Source of the DNA: Candidatus Doudnabacteria bacterium
GTDB taxonomy: Bacteria > Patescibacteriota > Doudnabacteria > UBA920
NCBI GenBank assembly: GCA_963837465.1
Contig: CAWINB010000004.1
Location: forward strand, 10,853 to 74,852
DNA length: 64,000 nucleotides
Direction: 5' to 3'
This document shows, one piece after another, positions 19,781-29,430 of the stretch; within the stretch, counting starts at the first letter, position 1, and each line of letters opens with the position of its first letter. The notes below the pieces were generated by a model. It ran no database searches. It was not told where the DNA came from and saw only the letters and a program-made list of their open reading frames with translations. The position numbers and the translations under genes are program-made.

Positions 19781-20903
19781 TGTCGGCAAGTCAACATTGT
19801 TTAATGCTATTACCAAAAGCAAGGTTGAAGCGGCTAATTATCCGTTCGCGACTATTGACCCCAATGTGGGGGTAGTCGCGGTTCCCGATGATCGTTTGGC
19901 AAAACTTGCGGCGCTGGAAAAGAGCGAAAAAGTTGTGCCAACCACGATTGAATTTGTGGATATTGCCGGCTTGGTTAAAGGCGCGTCCACGGGCGAAGGT
20001 TTGGGCAATAAATTTTTAAGCCACATCCGCGAAGTCGACGCCATTATGGAAGTCACGCGTTTTTTTGAAAGCAAAGATATTATTCATGTTAACGGTAACG
20101 TAGACCCACAGCGCGATATGGAAACCATAGGCATAGAACTGCAGCTGGCCGATTTACAGAACGTGGAAAACAGATTGGCAACAGTAGCGCGGCAGGCCAA
20201 AAGCGGCGACCGTGAAATGACTATTAAAAAAACTGTCCTTGATAAATATAAAACGGCGCTGGAAGCCGGGCAAATGGCCAACACCGTACGGTTAACCGAC
20301 GAGGAAAAAGACAACGCCAAAGACATCCAACTTCTTACTACCAAGCCGTTTTTATTTGTGGCCAATTCCAAATTTGATTTGGATAAAAAGCAGTTTGTGT
20401 CTGCCATCCCGGAATTTTTGAGTGCATCCGAAAAAATATCCGGGACCCAGGACAAAGAGGATACTGGATCCCGGCTCTCGGGTGCACTCGGCCGGGATGA
20501 CACAACCATGATTACCATTGACGCTCAACTGGAATCGGAGCTTTCCGAGTTAAACGACGACGAACACGCGGAGTATCTTAAAGAATTGGGGTTGCCCCAA
20601 AGCGGCCTGGATAAAATTATAAAAAAAGCTTATGAGACTTTGGGTCTGATAACTTTTATTACAGCCGGACCCAAAGAAAGCAAAGCCTGGACCTGCAAAG
20701 CCGGCACTAAAGCGCCGCAGGCGGCGGGCGTAATCCATACCGATTTTGAAAAAGGTTTCATTCGCGCGGAATGCATCCAGTGGGACAAACTTTTGGAAGC
20801 CGGCGGCTATCCCGAAGCCAGAAACAAAGGCTGGCTAAGGACAGAAGGCAAAAACTATACAATAGAAGATGGTGATGTAGTCCATTTCCTATTCAACATT
20901 TAA
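19737..20903 (+). CDS. ychF: ribosome-binding ATPase YchF
   Basis: G1 motif IGIVGLPNVGKSTLFNA. C-terminal TGS-like region GLITFITAGPKESKAWT...GKNYTIEDGDVVHFLFN. Confidence 0.85.
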   Translation: MSGSSHSIGIVGLPNVGKSTLFNAITKSKVEAANYPFATIDPNVGVVAVPDDRLAKLAALEKSEKVVPTTIEFVDIAGLVKGASTGEGLGNKFLSHIREVDAIMEVTRFFESKDIIHVNGNVDPQRDMETIGIELQLADLQNVENRLATVARQAKSGDREMTIKKTVLDKYKTALEAGQMANTVRLTDEEKDNAKDIQLLTTKPFLFVANSKFDLDKKQFVSAIPEFLSASEKISGTQDKEDTGSRLSGALGRDDTTMITIDAQLESELSELNDDEHAEYLKELGLPQSGLDKIIKKAYETLGLITFITAGPKESKAWTCKAGTKAPQAAGVIHTDFEKGFIRAECIQWDKLLEAGGYPEARNKGWLRTEGKNYTIEDGDVVHFLFNI

Positions 20904-20959
20904 AAAAAGACTAAAGACTGTCGTAGGCAGTTTTTTTACTATCCCCTAAACCCTATTCC

Positions 20960-21607
20960 CTAACCCCTTTTCCTGTCCCCGCAACTCGGGCAAATAACCG
21001 GGCTGTGAATATGAAACGTATAGGCCACGCCGTTTTTAAGGTGATGGCCTTTTAGTTCGTCGCTGAACTGCCCGTGGGCGATTTGTTTTAAGGAATGTAA
21101 AATTATTTCCGAAGATACAATAGCCACGGTTTGGCCGCTGTAGCATTTTATTAAATCTTCCAAAAAACTTTTCAGCCGCCTGGCCACGTGGTTGCCGGTT
21201 TCGGATCCTTTAACAGAGCGGTGAATATCCCCGGTCAGCTTCCGAAATTCCAAAATCGGAATACCTTCCAGGCCGCCGGCGTGAATATCATTTAATCGCC
21301 TGTCTATTTGCACAAGCAATTTTTTTACCTTTGCCAAAGGCGCGGCGGTCTCCTGCGTACGTTTCATTTCCGAAGCAATTATTTCTTTTATTTCCTTATT
21401 TCCCAATTTCTTTGCCAACCCCTCCGCCTGCTTTTTGCCCTCAGCCGTTAAATGAAAAATCTTTTTCGGATCCCCGTTCACCACCCCCAAAACATTATGC
21501 TCGCTCTCCCCGTGCCGCATGGCTATAATGGTAATCCTTTGCTTGCCGAGGACTTTGGTCTTGCCGCAATTACAGCGCCAGTAACTAGTTTTGGATGATT
21601 TGTTCAT
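20960..21607 (-). CDS. histidine-phosphatase (phosphoglycerate-mutase-like) superfamily protein with Cys-rich N- and C-terminal ribbons
   Basis: RHG motif IIAMRHGESEHN. CxC...C motifs WRCNCGKTK and CPSCGD. Confidence 0.55.
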   Translation of the reverse strand: MNKSSKTSYWRCNCGKTKVLGKQRITIIAMRHGESEHNVLGVVNGDPKKIFHLTAEGKKQAEGLAKKLGNKEIKEIIASEMKRTQETAAPLAKVKKLLVQIDRRLNDIHAGGLEGIPILEFRKLTGDIHRSVKGSETGNHVARRLKSFLEDLIKCYSGQTVAIVSSEIILHSLKQIAHGQFSDELKGHHLKNGVAYTFHIHSPVICPSCGDRKRG

Positions 21608-21638
21608 AATGGGGTTATTATAACAACCAGCCCGGGCT

Positions 21639-21667
21639 TTGACAAAAATCCCCTGTTTTGCTATAAT
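21639..21667 (+). promoter_or_regulatory. sigma70-like promoter TTGACA-17 nt-TATAAT upstream of rpsF
   Basis: ttgacaaaaatcccctgttttgctataat. Consensus hexamers with 17-nt spacer, about 65 nt upstream of the rpsF ATG. Confidence 0.6.
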
Positions 21668-21733
21668 CTTTTTAACTTAATAATTATCATATTCGCCCTG
21701 ACTTTACGGAAGGGTGATTAAGGAAACTCCTTA

Positions 21734-22210
21734 ATGCCTCAATATGAGCTTATGTATTTGCTCGGCTCTCACGTAGCCGACGACGATGTGCCTAAAATTT
21801 CCCAGGCAGTGTTAAAGTTCGCGGAAGACTTCGGCGCCACCGAAGTCAAAGAAAGCCAGCTGGGCAAAAAAAAGTTAGCCTATCCCATAAAAAAAACCCG
21901 CAACGGACATTATGTTGTGGTTGATTTTACTATGGACACCAAAAATATTAACACTTTTGACGCCAAAATCCGCACGCAGGACCAGAGCATTATCCGCTAT
22001 TTGATTGTTAATCTGGACGAGCATTACGGCAGGATGGCCAAAGACAAAGCCGCGCAGGCTAAAATTGTGCGCAAAGGCCCTCCGGCCGAAGCCGCTGGAT
22101 TGCCGGCGCAGGAAACGGCAAAAAAAGGCCAAGGGCCGCTGATGGAAATAAACCAGGAAGATTTGGACAAGAAGATAGAAGCGGCGTTAAGCGAAGATTT
22201 AACAAAATAG
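21734..22210 (+). CDS. rpsF: 30S ribosomal protein S6 with C-terminal extension
   Basis: MPQYELMYLL start typical of S6. Gene order rpsF-ssb-rpsR. Confidence 0.8.
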   Translation: MPQYELMYLLGSHVADDDVPKISQAVLKFAEDFGATEVKESQLGKKKLAYPIKKTRNGHYVVVDFTMDTKNINTFDAKIRTQDQSIIRYLIVNLDEHYGRMAKDKAAQAKIVRKGPPAEAAGLPAQETAKKGQGPLMEINQEDLDKKIEAALSEDLTK

Positions 22211-22262
22211 CGTTTAGCGTTAAGTGATTAGCGTATAGACAAGCTAAACGCTAAACGCTACT
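22210..22262 (+). other. long hairpin between rpsF and ssb (AGCGTTTAGCGTT ... AACGCTAAACGCT)
   Basis: 13-bp perfect inverted arms around a 22-nt loop. Intra-operon structure, possibly an attenuator or processing site. Confidence 0.4.
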
Positions 22263-22304
22263 CACTATCCGCTTTAAAAAATTAAACATTAATTTTTTAA
22301 ACCT

Positions 22305-22841
22305 ATGGACTTAAATAAAGCAATGATAATCGGGCGGCTGACCCGGGATCCGGAATTAAAAACCACGGCCAGCGGCATCAGCGTTTGCCAAATCGGCGTG
22401 GCCACTTCCTACGTTTATACCAACCAGCAAAGCGGCCAAAAAGTGGAGCAGACGGAATTTCACAACGTGGTGCTGTGGCGCAAGCTGGGAGAAATCGCCG
22501 CGCAATACTTAAAAAAAGGCACCCAGGTTTTTATTGAAGGCCGTTTGCAAACCCGCAGCTGGGAAGGGCAGGACGGCAAAAAAAATTACCGCACGGAAAT
22601 TGTAGCCGATAATATGATTATGCTGCAGCGCGCCGGCCAGGGCGGCTCAACAAGCTCAACATCTTCAGGCAGCGCGGGCGGCTCGCATCAACAGTCATCC
22701 GCGGCTCCATCTCCCATAGCTGCCAAACCTTCAGCCGCCCAACTGCCGCCGACCGATTCATCTTCCGCTCCATCAGTGGAAGAAAACCTTCCCACCATCC
22801 AGCAAGGCGAAGATATAAGCGTTGAAGACATTCCATTTTAG
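22305..22841 (+). CDS. ssb: single-stranded DNA-binding protein
   Basis: OB-fold N-terminus MIIGRLTRDPELKTTASG. Gly/Ser/Gln-rich tail ending in the acidic EDIPF tip. Confidence 0.85.
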   Translation: MDLNKAMIIGRLTRDPELKTTASGISVCQIGVATSYVYTNQQSGQKVEQTEFHNVVLWRKLGEIAAQYLKKGTQVFIEGRLQTRSWEGQDGKKNYRTEIVADNMIMLQRAGQGGSTSSTSSGSAGGSHQQSSAAPSPIAAKPSAAQLPPTDSSSAPSVEENLPTIQQGEDISVEDIPF

Positions 22842-22956
22842 CCGCGGGCTAAAATGGAATTGACAAAACTAAGTAAAATTTAAATAATTGCCATAATTCT
22901 TGGGCCGCTAATTTTGCTCAATTATGTCAATCCTGATCAATCATTTAAATTATTCT

Positions 22957-23199
22957 ATGAGACCATCCAACAATAACAGAGACAACAAACCTGTGGAAAA
23001 AAAGCAGTGCTATTTTTGCAGCAACAAAATCAGCACCGTGGACTACAAAGACGCGCAAACCCTGCGCCGCTTTATGTCGCCGCACGCCAAAATCTTAAGC
23101 CACAACCGCACCGGCACCTGCCCAAAACACCAACGCATGGTGACCAAAGCTCTCAAGCACGCCAGACATATGGCCCTGTTGCCGTTTGTCGCGGCATAG
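22957..23199 (+). CDS. rpsR: 30S ribosomal protein S18
   Basis: CYFC...IDYKD...LRRF...TGTCPKHQR...ALLPF pattern of S18. Start moved to the internal Met of ORF 22924..23199. Confidence 0.8.
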   Translation: MRPSNNNRDNKPVEKKQCYFCSNKISTVDYKDAQTLRRFMSPHAKILSHNRTGTCPKHQRMVTKALKHARHMALLPFVAA

Positions 23200-23291
23200 C
23201 GACAAACGAGTTAAAAGTTATAAAGTAACCGCAACCTTAAACTGCTCTTACTTGATAACTTTATACTTGATAACTTTATAACTCATTTTAT

Positions 23292-23852
23292 ATGGATTTA
23301 AATGATATGAAAATCGGCACTGTCATCCTCTGGGAAAAACAACCAGTGATGATTATTTGGTCCAACCGTATGCGCACGGCCCAGAGAAAGCCGGTAATGC
23401 AAACCAAAATGCGCAATGTAATTACAGGAAAAGTTTACGAATACTCCTTTAAGTTCGGCGAAAGCATTAAGGAAGCCGATGTGGTGCGCGAAAAAGCCAA
23501 CTTCCTTTACGCCGACGGCGAGGGTACCCACTTTATGAATCCGGAAACTTTTGAAACCGTGGATATTCCCAAGGAAGTTACTCAGGAGCAGGAAAGCTTC
23601 CTGAAAGAAGGCATGCCTGTTTCCATTCTACGCTTTAACGATAAACCCGTTTCCATAGAACTGCCCATTAAAGTTGAACTTAAAGTTACGGAAAGTCCTC
23701 CCGACACCAAAGGCAACAGCGGCGGCAACGTCACCAAACCCGTCACCCTGGAAACCGGCCTCCAGGTAAACGCGCCGATGTTTATAAAAGAAGGCGATAT
23801 TATAAGAGTAGACACCCGCGATGGACAATACGTGGAACGGGTGGCGCAATAA
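23292..23852 (+). CDS. efp: elongation factor P
   Basis: About 186 aa with a KPGKG-like loop (PVMQTKMRNVITGKV) and the C-terminal OB pattern of EF-P. The call is partly by size and context. Confidence 0.65.
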   Translation: MDLNDMKIGTVILWEKQPVMIIWSNRMRTAQRKPVMQTKMRNVITGKVYEYSFKFGESIKEADVVREKANFLYADGEGTHFMNPETFETVDIPKEVTQEQESFLKEGMPVSILRFNDKPVSIELPIKVELKVTESPPDTKGNSGGNVTKPVTLETGLQVNAPMFIKEGDIIRVDTRDGQYVERVAQ

Positions 23853-23872
23853 TAACCACAGCCGTACCTAAT

Positions 23873-23905
23873 TAATCCCCGCGAGCCAGACTGGCCTCGC
23901 GGGGA
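23873..23905 (+). terminator. hairpin CCCCGCGAGCC-agact-GGCCTCGCGGGG followed by T-rich run
   Basis: Near-perfect GC-rich stem just after the efp stop. Confidence 0.6.
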
Positions 23906-24097
23906 TTTTAAAATTTGGCAGGTTTTGGGGAATTTACAGTCTCCAAATTTCAAGTTTAGATGGAGCGCCCGTTACCCCGCGGAAGCCAAGCTTGGATGGT
24001 TGCAAAACTCATTGAAGCGGCTGATTTTATGGATCAAACTATAGTTTTGTAACCGCCACGCTGTCTCCAAAAGATCTGTTTTTCATACGCGCCTGTT

Positions 24098-26563
24098 TTA
24101 GCGGCTCAGCACCCGGGGAGCCACCAGACTGCCGATAGGAAGGGATAAATCGGCGGCATTGGCCGGCACAACCCAGGAAAAGTCATTGTCATGATGCCAG
24201 GTGTTGTATACCGACAGGGAAGGATAGCCGTGCAATTGGCTGTCGTTGCCAACCCAGTAAACCGTGCCTTTTTCGTTAATATCCAACCCGGACAAATGCT
24301 GCGACTTGCCATTGTTAACAAGCGGACCCAGCGGCATCTCATTCAGCTCCGGCGTTGTTACCACCAGCACAGAGCTGAATTTAAAACCCAACGATAAAAA
24401 TACCTGGCTGGAAGTAAAGCCATACTTATTGCCTTCGGAAATCAGGTAGACGGTCGGGTCAACAGGATCTTTAACCAAAGCGCCGTTGCCGGGGAGAAGC
24501 AAGTTACCTTCCGGCAAAACCACATCCGAAGCATTAGCCGTAAACGCGTCCGTCCAGTCATAGCCGTAAGAAAATAAAATCCCCGGACTGGTTATGCCGT
24601 GCCGCACTCCATTTTGCACCAAGTAAAAAGTCCCGTTATCATTAATCAAGTATTGATCGGTTGCTGATACCGGCAAAACCGACGCGCCGTTCGGCACCAC
24701 CGAGCCTGTAGCCACGTACTGCGCGTAACTACCGGAGCTATTAAAAGCGAAAGCGGAGTAAGAATAAGCAACGTCGTTGGTTAAACCGGTGTCAGTGTAT
24801 GATTGTCCGGTTCCGTTGTAAACCTGGGTGCCGTCAGTCGGGCTTATCGGAGCGCTGTTGCCTACCTTCCGCACAATAACGGTCGCGGTCCAACCGGAAC
24901 TCGCTATGGGATTTACCCAAGTAATTAAGGCTTGTCCATTGCCGGGCTGTACGGAGAAATTAGTAATAACTGTACTCCCCGCGGAAAAACCACCACCACC
25001 ACCACCACCTCCACCACCACCACCACCACCACCTCCACCACCACCTCCACCTGAAGAAGCTGCCTGGGTAGAGGCCGAAACAGTTGTTGAAGTCGCGGAA
25101 GTGTTGCCTACGCCATCAAAAGCGTCAATATAATAGCTGTAGCCGGTGCCGGCGCCAAGGCCAGTGTCATTGTAAGAAGCGACGGAACTGGTGGCAATAT
25201 TAGCGCCATTTCTGTAAATATCATATCCCGCGAGGCCGGAGCCGCCGGTATCAGTGCTGGTAGCCCAGGATAAATCTATTTCCGAAGTTGAAACAGCAAT
25301 GGCCGAAAGGCTGGCGGGGACAGAAGGCGCCACATTATCAATCGTTACCGTGGTTTGGGCAGTAGTAGTCCCTGCGCTATTGACTGCGGTTAATGTATAT
25401 GTGGTAGTGGTAGCCGGGGAGACGGAAACCGAGCCTGTGGAAGTCGCTGTTTGATTGCCTAATCCATTATTAATGCTGACAGTGGTGGCGGTGGCGGTAG
25501 TCCAGGATAAAGTTGAGGTGGAAGAGGGACCAATAACCGAGGGCGACGCGATAAAAGAACCGATAACAGGCTTTACCGGCACGATTGTTAAAGCGCTGCC
25601 GGTGGCAAAAATTGTGATTGGGTCCGAGCTTGCGTCACTGCCGAGCACGCCTGAAAACTGAACAGACGAAGAAGTCGCCAAGGTGGAAGTGGCGGCGGTG
25701 AAACTTATAACTGACAGCACTCCGCTGCCAATGGAATTCTCGTTGAACCCCGAATCTACGCAGCGATAATCACCGGCAGCGACAAGATTACATGAAGTGC
25801 TTTTGCCCGCGGCAATCGATGCCGCGCCGTTGGCGGTAGACGAAGCGCTAAGCGCGGTAGGATCAAAAAGCATATCCCATTGCAGCATGGTAGTGCTGGC
25901 TAACGCCTGGCTGACATCAAGGGAAACATTCAGCGGGGTGGAACTGCCTGTGGCCACAGTACCGCCGGACAGCGACAGTTGCGGTGAATTGGAAGGCTGG
26001 GCAATGGTCACGGTGCCGCTATTTCCCAGCGCGGGAAGACTATCATAAACGGGCGAGGTTCCGGTGGCCGTAACATTGCTTATTGAAACTACTGAAGAGG
26101 TAGCCGGAGTACCGCTGGCAACAGACACAATACCTATTAAGACAATCGGGCTGGATGTGGGTATGGGATTGGAGTCGTCTCCGGAAATCTGGCAATTATA
26201 AACAGATTGGGAAACTGCCAAACAGCCCACGGTTTTGGCGCTGCCGCTTAGCGCCGCGCCCGGACTTATGCTAAAGCCCTGTAAAGCAGTATTGTCAATG
26301 GTTATCTGAAAACCTATGGCCGCCGGGGTTTCACTGGCCAAGCTGGCATCCATGGTCATATTCAGTTCCCCCGGATATCCCACGGCAGCTGGAACCGGCG
26401 GATTATTTAAAGTTAAAGTCACGGGGCCAAAAGCAAAAACCGGCTTAAAAAAGCCAATAACCAAAAAGGTTGTCGCTACGCAGGCAAGCAAAAGTGCCCA
26501 TATTTTAAAGCTTTTATAGTAAAAGTTTAGTTTCAATGACGGATGACAATATAAATTATTCAA
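24098..26563 (-). CDS. large secreted surface protein (N-terminal beta-sandwich domain, FN3-like domains, poly-Gly tract, C-terminal ~50-aa repeat module)
   Basis: N-terminal hydrophobic anchor/signal. FN3-like segment IDLSWATSTDTGGSGLAGYDIY. A run of 21-23 Gly. Three C-terminal repeats of type YLISEGNKYGFTS..VFLSLGF. Confidence 0.6.
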   Translation of the reverse strand: MNNLYCHPSLKLNFYYKSFKIWALLLACVATTFLVIGFFKPVFAFGPVTLTLNNPPVPAAVGYPGELNMTMDASLASETPAAIGFQITIDNTALQGFSISPGAALSGSAKTVGCLAVSQSVYNCQISGDDSNPIPTSSPIVLIGIVSVASGTPATSSVVSISNVTATGTSPVYDSLPALGNSGTVTIAQPSNSPQLSLSGGTVATGSSTPLNVSLDVSQALASTTMLQWDMLFDPTALSASSTANGAASIAAGKSTSCNLVAAGDYRCVDSGFNENSIGSGVLSVISFTAATSTLATSSSVQFSGVLGSDASSDPITIFATGSALTIVPVKPVIGSFIASPSVIGPSSTSTLSWTTATATTVSINNGLGNQTATSTGSVSVSPATTTTYTLTAVNSAGTTTAQTTVTIDNVAPSVPASLSAIAVSTSEIDLSWATSTDTGGSGLAGYDIYRNGANIATSSVASYNDTGLGAGTGYSYYIDAFDGVGNTSATSTTVSASTQAASSGGGGGGGGGGGGGGGGGGGGGFSAGSTVITNFSVQPGNGQALITWVNPIASSGWTATVIVRKVGNSAPISPTDGTQVYNGTGQSYTDTGLTNDVAYSYSAFAFNSSGSYAQYVATGSVVPNGASVLPVSATDQYLINDNGTFYLVQNGVRHGITSPGILFSYGYDWTDAFTANASDVVLPEGNLLLPGNGALVKDPVDPTVYLISEGNKYGFTSSQVFLSLGFKFSSVLVVTTPELNEMPLGPLVNNGKSQHLSGLDINEKGTVYWVGNDSQLHGYPSLSVYNTWHHDNDFSWVVPANAADLSLPIGSLVAPRVLSR
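24966..25060. repeat. homopolymeric-codon tract (CCA/CCT on + strand) encoding poly-Gly inside ORF 24098..26563
   Basis: ccaccaccaccacctccaccacc..., about 95 nt of GGN codons on the coding strand. Confidence 0.85.
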
Positions 26564-26614
26564 TCACCAGCTAATTTTAACAAATTTTTTAAATATCTTA
26601 AATAGTACCGCAAA

Positions 26615-28600
26615 CTACACGCCGGGCCAAAACATCTGGGGAACAAAGTCGTTTACTGAATTTTGACTGCTATTGTATCCGCTGTCGCGGGAATTATTAA
26701 CGCAATTCTCGTTGCTGTTGGTAATGGTGTTGTTGTTGCCGTTGACATTGTTGTTGTTATTCTGGTTGGAGCTGTTGGTGCCGGAGCTGGTATCGTTATT
26801 GGTGTTAGTATTGTTGTTACAGGAACTGGAATCGTTGTCGCAGTTACCAGTGCTTTGGGTTTGGGCGGGATTTACCGAAGAGACCGCTGGACAGTTGTTC
26901 GCGGCTTCCGCCTGGGCCTGACTTTGCGCCTGAGCCTGGGCTTGATTCTGGGCTTGATTCTGGGCATCCTGCTGGCTGACAGAACTGGTGGCAGTAGCGG
27001 TAGCAGTGGCCGTGGCTGAAGCAGTTGAACCGCCGGCACACTGAGCGTTGGCCGTTGCGGTAGCCGTAGCAGTGTCGGTAAAGGTAGCGGGGGCGGCCTG
27101 GGTGACGGTTACGGTTCCGCAGCTGGCCTGGTTTCCGGAAGAGTCACTTAAGGAAACCGGGTAGTTGCCCGCGGCATTAAAAACCACGGACAATCCACTC
27201 ACACTGCCGCCAAGAGCGCTTAAGCTATAATTTCCACTGCCCCCGCTGCCTTGGAAACTTGCGGAGCCCCCAACATCAATGTTAAGAGAAGATGTCGGCT
27301 GGCAGCTTAAGCCAACAGGAGCCGGACACTCGGCTTGCGCCTGACTTTGCGCCTGAGCCTGGGCTTGATTCTGGGCTTGATTCTGGGCATCCTGCTGGCT
27401 GACAGAACTGGTGGCAGTAGCGGTAGCAGTAGCCGTAGTTGCGGTTCCGTTCGAACAATTGGCCGTTGCGGTAGCCGTAGCAGTGGCGGTAAAGGTAGCG
27501 GGGGCGGTCTGGGTGACGGTTACGGTTCCGCAGCTGGCTGTTTGGCCTGAACTGTCAGTGGCTGTAACTGGATAGCTGCCGCTGCTATTGTAAGTGGCGG
27601 TAAGGCCGCTGATATTGGAAGCGCCGGAAGCGTTAAGAGTATAAGGGCTTTGGCCGCCGCTCACCAAAAAGCTGACGCTGCCCCCCGAACTGATATTAAG
27701 GGCGCTCGTTGGCTGGCATTGTAAAGGACTAATGACGGGGTTATTTATGTTGATTGTGACCTGCGGGGAAGTTCCCACTAAACCCTGGGAGTCGGTGGCT
27801 TGGGCGGTTAAAATATGGGTGCCGTTGCTAAAACCGGTGGAATTCCAGGAAATCGAATAAGGCGCGACACTGGCAGTGCCCAACAAAGAACTGCCATCCA
27901 GATAAAACCCGACACTGGAAATTGTGTCCCCGTTTGCCGGCGTAGCCGAAGCCGTAATGGTAACAGATGGTCCGGAAACCGAGGCTTGACTGCTTGGGGC
28001 CGTTATGGAAACTGTCGGAGGGGTGTTATTGGACTGATTTTGCCGCACCCCAATGCTGCCATTATTGGCGGTCATTTCTATTGAGTTGGCCGACACGTCC
28101 GCCGCTGACAGGTTAGAAAATTGCAATGGGATACTGGTAGCCAACGTAGTAGCGGTTAAAGTCACGGTAATAGTCCCGAGTGTTCCCTGGCCTATGGTAT
28201 TTTCATTAAACCCGACAATCAGGCAGCGGAAATCGCCCGGAGAAGGAGTGGCGCAGTCGCCGGATTTTCCCGCCGCGGTGGCGGCTGCTCCGTCGGCGTT
28301 CCAGGCAATGGAAGCCACATCGGCCGTATTGTACAGAATATCCCAGCCAAGCGCGGCCGGCTGTTCGGGAGCATTGCTGGGATTAATATAAATATTCAAA
28401 TTAACCGAAGCGCCAGGAGTGACACCGGAAGCGGAATCCATACTCAGGACAATTGAGCTGTCGGCACGGGCTAAATTAAAGGGGCCAAATAATTGCTGCA
28501 GGGTAAAAGCTGTCAAAAAACCCAATACCAAACAAGCGGTTAAATTGCGCCAGGTAGGGGCGGGAAATAAGGCAGGCTGATTTATTTGGTGGCTGTCCAT
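26615..28600 (-). CDS. secreted surface protein with N-terminal domain shared with the 821-aa protein, tandem ~140-aa repeats and Asn-rich tail
   Basis: Signal/TM region. GWDILYNTADVASIAW...GDFRCLIVGFNENTIGQG is similar to the 821-aa protein N-domain. Internal duplicated module CQPTS..LNI..GGS.SF...GG...Y.L...G ... QNQAQAQAQSQAQAE. Confidence 0.55.
   Translation of the reverse strand: MDSHQINQPALFPAPTWRNLTACLVLGFLTAFTLQQLFGPFNLARADSSIVLSMDSASGVTPGASVNLNIYINPSNAPEQPAALGWDILYNTADVASIAWNADGAAATAAGKSGDCATPSPGDFRCLIVGFNENTIGQGTLGTITVTLTATTLATSIPLQFSNLSAADVSANSIEMTANNGSIGVRQNQSNNTPPTVSITAPSSQASVSGPSVTITASATPANGDTISSVGFYLDGSSLLGTASVAPYSISWNSTGFSNGTHILTAQATDSQGLVGTSPQVTININNPVISPLQCQPTSALNISSGGSVSFLVSGGQSPYTLNASGASNISGLTATYNSSGSYPVTATDSSGQTASCGTVTVTQTAPATFTATATATATANCSNGTATTATATATATSSVSQQDAQNQAQNQAQAQAQSQAQAECPAPVGLSCQPTSSLNIDVGGSASFQGSGGSGNYSLSALGGSVSGLSVVFNAAGNYPVSLSDSSGNQASCGTVTVTQAAPATFTDTATATATANAQCAGGSTASATATATATATSSVSQQDAQNQAQNQAQAQAQSQAQAEAANNCPAVSSVNPAQTQSTGNCDNDSSSCNNNTNTNNDTSSGTNSSNQNNNNNVNGNNNTITNSNENCVNNSRDSGYNSSQNSVNDFVPQMFWPGV
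26900..27440. repeat. tandem direct repeat (~430-bp period) within ORF 26615..28600
   Basis: Near-identical ~100-bp stretches at ~26905-27003 and ~27335-27432 (gcctgggcctgactttgcgcctgagcctgggcttgattctgggcttgattctgggcatcctgctggctgac...). Confidence 0.7.
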
Positions 28601-28782
28601 GAAAAAATTGGCTTGATGGTAAATTTAGAAACATATGATTTTTATTTTATTTTTACAGTTATTGGCTATAAATAAGCCATAAACTAACATGCAATACATT
28701 TATGATAATATAAAAAAAGAACTTTCGCAATAGGGGAAAAGAGGCGGCCGCCGGGATGAAAACACCGGCGGCCTGGCAAAGA

Positions 28783-29286
28783 TTAGGGATACGGGATAGT
28801 TGCAATACAGAACGCTGAATAGGCGCTCTCGTTGCTCTTGTTATCCACGTCCACGGCGGTCACTACATAATAGTAGGTCTGCCCCGCTGTAACAGCCGCA
28901 TCAGTATACGTTATCGCGCTCCCGACGGTGGGTGCCAGAAATGTATACGGCCCCACGACCGATACCGTAGAACGGTATACCTTATATGTACAACAAGTCA
29001 CACCATCATCATCGGTGCTCGCCACCCAATTAAGGGTCACATAGTGCGCCGGGGTTACGACGCACGGACCGCCCAGTGCGGCATTTATAACACGCTGCAC
29101 CATGATAACGTTACAGTTGTTGCCAACAATTTGCGCCGTACATAGCGCGCCGTTGGCCATGTTCATGGCCATTTGGACGTCCAAGATGTTAACCTGGCCA
29201 TCCGAATTGAGATCACAGGCGTTGAGCGCCTGCGCGTTAGCCGGAGCGGCTAACAGGATTGCTGCGATCAGTATCTTCTTTTTCAT
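28783..29286 (-). CDS. small secreted protein with dockerin-like Ca-binding repeat and FN3-like domain
   Basis: Signal peptide MKKKILIAAILLAAPANA. CDLNSDGQVNILDVQMAMNMANG fits the dockerin/EF-hand loop D-x-N-x-D-G-x-V-N-x-x-D. Then a beta-rich FN3-like domain. GC higher than neighbours. Confidence 0.45.
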   Translation of the reverse strand: MKKKILIAAILLAAPANAQALNACDLNSDGQVNILDVQMAMNMANGALCTAQIVGNNCNVIMVQRVINAALGGPCVVTPAHYVTLNWVASTDDDGVTCCTYKVYRSTVSVVGPYTFLAPTVGSAITYTDAAVTAGQTYYYVVTAVDVDNKSNESAYSAFCIATIPYP

Positions 29287-29382
29287 CCCACTCGTCCTCC
29301 TTGGACGAATAAGCTATTTTACCAAATCATCCAAAAATAGACAACCGCCAAAAAAGCCGCTCTAATCCGCTGATTATAACTA

Positions 29383-29412
29383 AAACCCCTCCGGCGCGCG
29401 AGGGGTTTTAGG
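29383..29412 (-). terminator. hairpin AAAACCCCTC-cggcgcgc-GAGGGGTTTT
   Basis: 10-bp perfect stem with A/T flanks, 3' of the 957-aa gene. Confidence 0.6.
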
Positions 29413-29430
29413 GTTTATGTTGATTTGACT

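Noticed and set aside
24828-25133. Regular CCA/CCT repeat tract as a CRISPR array or non-coding satellite
   Set aside because: It has no spacers and no repeat-spacer periodicity. It is in frame inside a long ORF and simply encodes poly-Gly.
26663-27550. Plus-strand ORFs 26663..27019, 26673..26921, 27335..27550 (Leu-rich)
   Set aside because: They are antisense to the well-supported 661-aa minus-strand gene and arise from the GC-skewed tandem repeat.
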